Assembly: GCA_964650355.1 (NCBI GenBank)
Contig: CAZYTL010000009.1
Coordinates: 413 to 64,412 of the forward strand
Length of the DNA stretch: 64,000 bases
Origin: an uncultured Gammaproteobacteria bacterium
GTDB taxonomy: Bacteria; Patescibacteriota; Microgenomatia; CAYXHB01; CAZYTL01
Reading direction: 5' to 3'
Under the pieces are notes generated by a model. It searched no databases. It worked only from the letters and a program-made list of their open reading frames with translations, and was not told where the DNA came from. Positions 57,811 to 64,000 of the stretch are shown here, one piece after another. Numbering within the stretch: the first letter of the stretch is position 1; each line of letters opens with the position of its first letter. The position numbers and the translations under genes are program-made.

Positions 57811-58983
57811 TTACTTCCTGATGTTTCTTAAAAATGCAGGAATGTCAAAATCATCGCCTTCAGTGGGTGATTCGGTATCATCTTGGGGTTGATCCTGGTC
57901 GTCGGTGTGCTGTTCATCCGTAGTTTGTTGCACAGGTTGGGCTGGTTGATCGTCGGAGAGGGAGCCAATCAGACCGGTGGCTGGTTTGACGCTCGGAGGT
58001 TTGGTAAAGTGAGCAATGCGGGCTTGAGTATCATCAAATCCGGTAGCAATGACCGTGATTTGAATTTCGTCGGCCAGTGCCCTATCAATGGTGGCGCCAA
58101 AAATGATGTTGGCGTCAGAAGCAGCGCTTTGAGCAATGATCTGGGCGGCTTCATCCACTTCGGTCATGGTCAGGTCCTCACCGCCGGTAATGTTAAACAG
58201 GATGCCTTTGGCCCCTTCAATGGATAGCTCAAGCAAAGGGGAAGAAATGGCGGATTTGGCTGCGGCTTGTGCCCGATTTTCACCGGTGCCCACGCCGATG
58301 CCCATCAGGGCTGATCCGGCGCTTTCCATGATGGCTTTGACGTCAGCAAAGTCAACGTTAATCAAACCCGGAACGGTGATGATGTCAGAGATGCCTTTTA
58401 CACCTTGATTAAGCACAGAATCAACCATTTTAAAGGCATTGAGCAGGGTGACTTTGCGATCGACCACATCCAACAAGCGTTGATTGGGGATGACGATCAT
58501 GGTGTCTACTTTTTCTTTGAGGTTAGTCAAACCTTCTTCGGCCACTGACATGCGTCTGGTGCCTTCAAAGGCAAAGGGTTTGGTGACGATAGCCACGGTT
58601 AAAGCGCCGACTTCTTGAGCGACTTCCGCTACCACAGGCCCGGCGCCAGTACCGGTACCACCACCAGCGCCGTAGGTGACAAACACCATATCACTGTCAG
58701 TTAAGTATTCCCTGATCTTGTCCCTGGATTCTTCTGCAGCGGCTGTGCCGATGTCCGGATCGGCTCCGGAACCTAAACCTTTGGTAACTTGCTCGCCGAT
58801 TTGGAGTTTAAGTTCAGCCTGGTTTTGAAGCAGGGCCTGAGCGTCGGTGTTAATGGAAATGAAGTCCACGCCGGCAATCTGACCGTCTGAAATCATGGTA
58901 TTGATGGCATTACTGCCCCCACCACCCACACCCACAACTTTGATTCTGGCAAAACCGCCGAGACTGGATTTAACGAGTGCCAT
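57811..58983 (-). CDS. ftsZ: Cell division protein FtsZ
   Basis: [24 protein letters not shown]-terminal DIPAFLR. Confidence 0.98.
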   Translation of the reverse strand: MALVKSSLGGFARIKVVGVGGGGSNAINTMISDGQIAGVDFISINTDAQALLQNQAELKLQIGEQVTKGLGSGADPDIGTAAAEESRDKIREYLTDSDMVFVTYGAGGGTGTGAGPVVAEVAQEVGALTVAIVTKPFAFEGTRRMSVAEEGLTNLKEKVDTMIVIPNQRLLDVVDRKVTLLNAFKMVDSVLNQGVKGISDIITVPGLINVDFADVKAIMESAGSALMGIGVGTGENRAQAAAKSAISSPLLELSIEGAKGILFNITGGEDLTMTEVDEAAQIIAQSAASDANIIFGATIDRALADEIQITVIATGFDDTQARIAHFTKPPSVKPATGLIGSLSDDQPAQPVQQTTDEQHTDDQDQPQDDTESPTEGDDFDIPAFLRNIRK

Positions 58984-59117
58984 AGAGATTGAAGTTTAGA
59001 AATTGGTTGTTTAAAGATAAGAAAACAGCAATGTAAATTAGGTTCAGATTAACAAAATTATTGTTGGCTGTTTTGAGAATTCCTGTTTTAACTATTCTCC
59101 TGATATTATATCAAACG

Positions 59118-59145
59118 AAAAAAGCTCTGCACTGGGCAGAGTTTT
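59118..59145. terminator. Terminator-like hairpin upstream of the ftsZ promoter
   Basis: aaaaaagctctgc-actgg-gcagagtttt. Confidence 0.55.
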
Positions 59146-59253
59146 ATTAAACTGACGTTAAAGCGTACTTTTGTCTATAGTCTAATTTTAACCTGTAATG
59201 AAAATATCTGCAAGTTGAAAAACCAATGATTCACCAAACCATTCTGTTATGTT

Positions 59254-60171
59254 ATGCTGAGAGTAAACATGGATGGAAGTCATAAATTTTCACTAAAGCT
59301 AATTGGTTTAATATCTCTGTCCTTCTTGATATTTTTCTTGGTGCTAATTTTTCCTCCCCAGTCGTACGCGCAAGGGTATTATCGATGCTATGATGCTGGT
59401 GGAGTGGGTGCTTGTATGGATGTTGAGCCCCATTGCGCAAGTGACTACGTGACTCCTGCTGGTGCCTGCACACTAGGTGAGACGTGTAATGAAAATCATC
59501 CGTGTGTGGCTCCCACAATAACTCCTATTCCTATTGGTGATTGTGACTGCGATGCTTCCTGCAACGTGATTTCAGGTACAAATACTTGCGCCTCTGGAAC
59601 TACTGCTACCTGCGACCCTCAGGATCCTAATTTAGGCTATTGTCTCGGTGGCTGTAGTTGTTCAGTTCCGCAGGGATCTTTAGCCTGTAATGCTCAGTGT
59701 ACTGAGGATAATCAATGTGACCCTGATACCGGTTGTGGAGTATGTGCAAATGTAGGGACCTGGTTAGTTCATGATTTCCGTTGTGTGACACCCACACCAG
59801 CGTCATCTTCAACGGATGTCCTCCCTTATAATCCTTGTGAAGGGGTGGAAGACAGAGGAGCTTGCGAGACTTGTGTAAGTGGTGGCGGAGCATATACTGC
59901 GTTGGGATGTATTGATACAGATCCTGGTCCGTTTGCTGCTGAAATTATCAAAATTTTATTTGGACTGGCTGGAGGGGTAGCTTTCCTGCTGATGATTTAC
60001 GGGGCTTTTCTGTGTGTAACCAGCAGAGGTGATCCGCAAAAAGCCCAGGCGTGCAGAGAAACTATCACCGCGGCAGTGGTGGGGTTGTTGATGTTAATTT
60101 TTTCTCTGTTCATTGTGCGGTTGATTTTTGGACCGATAGGGATTATTCCTGGCCTAGTAGATATTTTTTAG
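59254..60171 (+). CDS. CPR-type pilin with long Cys-rich N-terminal extension
   Basis: Signal peptide; 26 Cys; TALGCI; TM-TSRGDPQKAQ-TM pilin core. Confidence 0.75.
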   Translation: MLRVNMDGSHKFSLKLIGLISLSFLIFFLVLIFPPQSYAQGYYRCYDAGGVGACMDVEPHCASDYVTPAGACTLGETCNENHPCVAPTITPIPIGDCDCDASCNVISGTNTCASGTTATCDPQDPNLGYCLGGCSCSVPQGSLACNAQCTEDNQCDPDTGCGVCANVGTWLVHDFRCVTPTPASSSTDVLPYNPCEGVEDRGACETCVSGGGAYTALGCIDTDPGPFAAEIIKILFGLAGGVAFLLMIYGAFLCVTSRGDPQKAQACRETITAAVVGLLMLIFSLFIVRLIFGPIGIIPGLVDIF

Positions 60172-60197
60172 ACGTTTTTAGTTAAACTAAAAACGTC
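60171..60197. repeat. Perfect 13-bp inverted repeat between the two pilin genes
   Basis: GACGTTTTTAGTT-A-AACTAAAAACGTC. Confidence 0.85.
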
Positions 60198-60214
60198 CCA
60201 AAGTTTATTTATAT

Positions 60215-60781
60215 ATGAATATGCGAGGTTTATTTCGAGTCACGGTTATAGTTGGTTCCTTCCTAGCAATATTCTACTTATTACCCAGTAAATTCTTTTA
60301 TATCCGGGCTCAACTTGAAAATATTTGTTGCTCAACGCCCGGCGACTGTCAAGATCCTAGTAAACCCAACTGCGTGGAACCTGGCGCGGGACAAGAGGAT
60401 TGTGATCGAGCCCACGGAACGCTACTTAATAAACCACGGTATTGTGCTGCGCCTTCGGGAAGTAATCCTAGCTTTAGGATTCCGAATTATCGGGAAATCG
60501 GTCAATCTGGTTTTCGTTTTTTCCAAGGTAATCCCAGCACGCTTGATGTTGGAAAAATAGTTTCGGAATTACTCCCTTATGTATACGTACTGGCTGGGCT
60601 GCTGTTGTTTGGTTATTTGATTTACGGCGGGTTTCATTTGGTGACCTCGTTCGGCTCCCCGAAAGCGATTTTGGAGGCCTGGTTGATTATTTTCAGGGCT
60701 TTAGTGGGATTTGTCATGGTATTTGTGTCTTTCTGGCTGATTCAGATAGTGGAAAGGATTTTTGGGTTGGATATACTCTAA
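60215..60781 (+). CDS. CPR-type pilin with 6-Cys module
   Basis: VLAGLLLFGYLIYGGF..VTSFGSP...ALVGF...IFGLDIL. Confidence 0.72.
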   Translation: MNMRGLFRVTVIVGSFLAIFYLLPSKFFYIRAQLENICCSTPGDCQDPSKPNCVEPGAGQEDCDRAHGTLLNKPRYCAAPSGSNPSFRIPNYREIGQSGFRFFQGNPSTLDVGKIVSELLPYVYVLAGLLLFGYLIYGGFHLVTSFGSPKAILEAWLIIFRALVGFVMVFVSFWLIQIVERIFGLDIL

Positions 60782-60882
60782 CTACTCCCCTGCTGAGAGA
60801 AGGTTGAGCTTGAAGAGGAGAAATCGACAGCAGATTGAATTTACTAATTGACAAAAACGCTGATAAATCTTAAAGTTTGTTC

Positions 60883-61665
60883 ATGGCTTCTGAAGGTACG
60901 TCTTCGAATGGTAAACGAAACGGGATGCCGGGATTTGCAGTAATTTTATTGATCGCCGGTGCCTTTATCGTGGGGATGTTTTGGAACCGGTTGACCAGCC
61001 TGGAAAGGCAAGTGGACGAATTAAAAGGCGGGAGTAAACCTCAGGCGGCTGCTGGAAATCAAGCCGGCACGGGGCAAGTGAATAATCAGCCGACTGCTGC
61101 GGACCAGCCGCAATTAGGTAGTGCTGCGCAGGTTGATCCGGTAACTGAAACTGATCATCTTCGAGGTAATCCCAAGGCGGATATTATATTGATTGAGTAT
61201 TCGGATTTTCAGTGTCCTTTTTGCCATCAGTTCCACCCTACTATGCAACAGGTAATGAAAGACTACGGAGACAAAGTTGCCTGGGTTTATCGTCATTTTC
61301 CTCTGACTCAACTTCATCCTAATGCTCAACCGGCAGCTGAAGCGTCGGAATGTGTGGCTGAATTGGGCGGCAATGATGCGTTCTGGAAGTACGCTGATGA
61401 ATTGTTCACAGGAACAGATTTATCTAAGGACGGTCTCACCACAGCGGCAGTTAAGATAGGAGTGGATAAGACTAAGTTCACCAGTTGTTTTGAGAGTGGT
61501 AAATACACCCAAAAAGTTAATGATTTGATGGCTTCGGGTCAAAAGGCAGGAATAAACGGAACGCCTGGGACGGTAATTTTGCAAGTAAGTACAGGTAAAA
61601 CAACTTTGATTCCTGGGGCGTATCCAGTAGCCCAGGTGGAGCAGGCGATAGATAGTTTCCTTTAA
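60883..61665 (+). CDS. DsbA/BdbD-like thiol-disulfide oxidoreductase
   Basis: EYSDFQCPFC, YRHFPL, GINGTP, GAYP; N-terminal anchor. Confidence 0.92.
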   Translation: MASEGTSSNGKRNGMPGFAVILLIAGAFIVGMFWNRLTSLERQVDELKGGSKPQAAAGNQAGTGQVNNQPTAADQPQLGSAAQVDPVTETDHLRGNPKADIILIEYSDFQCPFCHQFHPTMQQVMKDYGDKVAWVYRHFPLTQLHPNAQPAAEASECVAELGGNDAFWKYADELFTGTDLSKDGLTTAAVKIGVDKTKFTSCFESGKYTQKVNDLMASGQKAGINGTPGTVILQVSTGKTTLIPGAYPVAQVEQAIDSFL

Positions 61666-61864
61666 AACTTCTAACTATCTTGGGCAGCTAGACGGGTTGA
61701 GGTAGATGAATCAGCGGATAGACGATAATGAGAAACTAAGTGATTCGAAAATCGAGATGTCTAATCGTTTACAAAATCTAAGAGTTCCCTAATTTTATAA
61801 CCCTCTAGATCCATAATTTAGGCTGAAAGTTTGTTATGTTTGTTGTGTAGGGTGTGAGGTTAAT

Positions 61865-62737
61865 CTAATCCTTAGAAGTCCTCTGAAACTCTTCCAGAAG
61901 TCTTTTTTGTTCTCCGGTTAGTTTATCAGGAAGGTCAACGATGATTCTCACATATTGGTCTCCCCTCCCCCCCCCATGAAGCCTAGGAGCGCCTTGGCTA
62001 GCCAAGCGGATCAGGCTGTGCGATTGGGTTCCTGGTCGGATTTTGATCTTTATGGGTTTCTCAATAGTAGAAACTTCTGTCTCGCCACCGAGAATGGCCT
62101 GAGTAAAGGGAATATGGTGATCAACGAAAATATTAGGCCCTTCCCGTTTGAATTGAGGGTGGGGTTTGACGTCAATACTGACATCAAAATCGGCAAATCG
62201 GATATGGGTGCCATCATCTGCCCCAGCAGGGATTTTAATAGTATGTTGTTTCCCCTGGATGACCACCTTTTTTTCTGTGCCGTGCATGGCTTCTTCAAAA
62301 CTGATGCTCAGAGAATAGTGCGGTTTGGCAGGACCACGGGCACCAAAGGGTGAAGCCCCGCCGAAAAATTGTTCGAAGATCTCAAAAGGATCGGAAAAAT
62401 CAAATTCGCTGAACGGGATGTTGCCGTTAGTGGAGTATGTGTAAGTGAAGGGTCCGGAACGATAGGTCCGAGCTTGAGGACCGCCAAACCCCCCGGGGAA
62501 TCCGGCCCCAGGAGAAAAGGCTGCCGGGCCAAATTGATCGTATTTTTGTCTTTTTTGGGGATCGGACAACACTTCGTAGGCTCGGTTTATTTCTTTGAAT
62601 TTTTTTTCGGCTTCTGGCGATTTGTTTTTGTCTGGATGCCACTGCAAAGCCAGCTTACGATAAGCTTTTTTGATTTCTTCGGCGCTGGAGCTTTTGGATA
62701 CTCCTAGAGTTTGGTAGAAATCTGAAGTCTCAGCCAT
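61865..62737 (-). CDS. DnaJ-class chaperone lacking the zinc finger (CbpA-like)
   Basis: J domain with HPD; G/F region; DnaJ C-terminal domain; no CxxCxGxG. Confidence 0.9.
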   Translation of the reverse strand: MAETSDFYQTLGVSKSSSAEEIKKAYRKLALQWHPDKNKSPEAEKKFKEINRAYEVLSDPQKRQKYDQFGPAAFSPGAGFPGGFGGPQARTYRSGPFTYTYSTNGNIPFSEFDFSDPFEIFEQFFGGASPFGARGPAKPHYSLSISFEEAMHGTEKKVVIQGKQHTIKIPAGADDGTHIRFADFDVSIDVKPHPQFKREGPNIFVDHHIPFTQAILGGETEVSTIEKPIKIKIRPGTQSHSLIRLASQGAPRLHGGGRGDQYVRIIVDLPDKLTGEQKRLLEEFQRTSKD

Positions 62738-62750
62738 AGATAATAATTAC

Positions 62751-62777
62751 TTAGCACTTTTACCGATTGATTGCTAG
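62751..62777. promoter_or_regulatory. CIRCE (HrcA operator) upstream of the dnaJ-like gene
   Basis: TTAGCACTT-N9-GATTGCTAG, 13 nt from the start codon. Confidence 0.82.
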
Positions 62778-62863
62778 CCGATAGGTAAATTGTACCTAAA
62801 TTGCCAATTATTGCAAGAGGTGGTGTGGCTGAGGTTACTCGTGCTTGCCAATACTCGTTGTGG

Positions 62864-63262
62864 TTAGTTGACCTTACCACTGGGGGATTGCGGTTGGACC
62901 CGGAGAACGTTGAAAGTGGCGTGTCCTAGAGTTTTATTATCAGCCTGAAGTTCAATTCGGTAATCACCAGTCTGGCGTAAAGGTAAATTAACTACGTCAA
63001 AAAAGAGGTTGGCCATGCCACCGGGGCCGATCTGCATATTGAGTTGTTGGTTAATTACTTGCTTTTTAAGAGGATCAAGAATTTGGATAGTGACTGGTTG
63101 TTGAGAATTTTCTTTGCCAGTGACCATGGCCACGATGGTAAATTTAAGATAATTGGTAGGAATTTTCTGGACAAATATTTGGCGGAAAATACCTATCAAG
63201 TTTACTTTTCCCTCTCTGGTAACAGAGGCCAGGTCGCAGATGCCTAAAAAAGTGAGGTCCAT
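62864..63262 (-). CDS. DUF6941-like beta-sandwich protein
   Basis: ICDLA...GKVNLIGIF...GDYRIEL. Confidence 0.65.
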   Translation of the reverse strand: MDLTFLGICDLASVTREGKVNLIGIFRQIFVQKIPTNYLKFTIVAMVTGKENSQQPVTIQILDPLKKQVINQQLNMQIGPGGMANLFFDVVNLPLRQTGDYRIELQADNKTLGHATFNVLRVQPQSPSGKVN

Positions 63263-63339
63263 GAAAGAGAGTAATTAGTAATTGGCAAACGGAAATTAAG
63301 AAATTATTCGTTGAAATTTAAGATTTTGTCTGTCGGAGA

Positions 63340-63431
63340 TGGTGACGATGCCCGTTTCGGTTACGTTTAGGTTAGGTTACGTGACCGTTACCTTTAAACG
63401 ATACGAGTTTGGTCACCCTAACCCCAACCGT
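63340..63431. repeat. Short GTTA(C/G)G-type repeat tract with inverted arm downstream of rpsJ
   Basis: gttacgtttaggttaggttacgtgaccgttacc ... ggtcaccctaaccccaaccgt. Confidence 0.55.
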
Positions 63432-63436
63432 GTTCC

Positions 63437-63754
63437 TTACATCTTCACCTCGATGTCTACACCGGCAGGAAGATCCAGGTGCGAAAGGGAATCAATGGTT
63501 TTGTTGGTGGGATTTAAGATATCAATCAGCCTTTTGTGGGTGAGAATTTGAAAGTGGTTACGGGCGTCTTTGTCAGTGTGGGGAGAGGTGGTAACTGTAA
63601 AAAGTTTTCGATGAGTGGGCAAAGGTACCGGACCTACAACTTGGGCACCAGTAGCCAGGGCGGTTTCGAAGATTTTAGCCGCCGCATCGTCAATGACCCG
63701 GTGATCATAAGCTTTGAGTTTGATTCTGATACGAGTGAGGGGTTTTTGAGGCAT
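63437..63754 (-). CDS. rpsJ: 30S ribosomal protein S10
   Basis: [42 protein letters not shown]. Confidence 0.98.
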   Translation of the reverse strand: MPQKPLTRIRIKLKAYDHRVIDDAAAKIFETALATGAQVVGPVPLPTHRKLFTVTTSPHTDKDARNHFQILTHKRLIDILNPTNKTIDSLSHLDLPAGVDIEVKM

Positions 63755-63828
63755 GTTTAACAGTTAGTTGGTGATATGTGACAATTGGCAATAACTTAAT
63801 TCAAAATAAACTGTTTCCAAACTTGCAT

Positions 63829-63852
63829 AAAAAAGCCAGAGTTTCCTCTGGC
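63829..63852 (-). terminator. Intrinsic terminator between tuf and rpsJ
   Basis: GCCAGAG-GAAA-CTCTGGC-TTTTTT on the minus strand. Confidence 0.7.
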
Positions 63853-63919
63853 TAGCATAATAGCCTTTTTGATAAAGGCTGGAATGAATTGTCAATTTAA
63901 CTGGTGTTTGCTAGCCAGT

Positions 63920-64000
63920 CTAAGCAATGGTTTTGGTTGCCACCCCGGCTCCGACGGTTTTGGATCCTTCACGAATGGCGAATCTTAAGCCTTCTTCTAG
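63920..64000 (-). CDS. tuf: Elongation factor Tu, 3' end (partial)
   Basis: Hand translation LEEGLRFAIREGSKTVGAGVATKTIA*. Confidence 0.93.
   Translation of the reverse strand, partial: LEEGLRFAIREGSKTVGAGVATKTIA

Noticed and set aside
60781-60800. aactactccc match to the tRNA-Gly 5' end and similarity to ~8663-8677
   Set aside because: Only 10-15 nt with no further tRNA structure; compatible with chance.
61967-61975. C9 homopolymer in the dnaJ-like gene as a phase-variation tract
   Set aside because: It encodes Gly-Gly-Gly in frame in a normally Gly-rich loop; no evidence of slippage.
1-64000. CRISPR array, rRNA, integrase/transposase, prophage, or UGA recoding
   Set aside because: No regularly spaced repeats, rRNA-like sequence or recombinase/phage genes were seen. 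Conserved genes such as lon, lepB and rodA end in TGA and read through in code 11.

Overview
Bacterial chromosomal window, standard genetic code, most consistent with a Patescibacteria (CPR) genome of Microgenomates type. This assignment is inferred from CPR-type pilins, GT-C glycosyltransferases, WecA/MurA/MurB variants and widespread leaderless gene starts. Core genes are gpmI, secA, murB, murA, ftsW, murG, lon, lepB, parB, rpmA, rplU, rodA, ileS, ftsZ, a dnaJ-like gene, rpsJ and the 3' end of tuf. There are four intact tRNAs (Glu-CTC, Leu-TAG, Gly-GCC, Val-CAC) and many small accessory hydrolase and membrane genes. The most striking observation is a 314-bp unit at the 5' end of tRNA-Gly. 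It consists of a duplicated tRNA 5' part whose anticodon arm is replaced by a perfect CCGATG-N2-CATCGG palindrome, followed by a small GIY-YIG nuclease whose stop codon lies inside the intact tRNA. A tRNA-Ala-like remnant 38 kb away carries the same palindrome core in the same position. Other signals: scars of displaced homologues (a synonymously recoded secA tail and an ftsW fragment), a minimal PPDK-like enzyme between two paralogous GreA-like hairpins, CIRCE operators at lon and the dnaJ-like gene, a CC1-like small protein, a tandem degenerate HD protein, and Cys-rich pilins beside DsbA. All family assignments are by eye; no searches were run.
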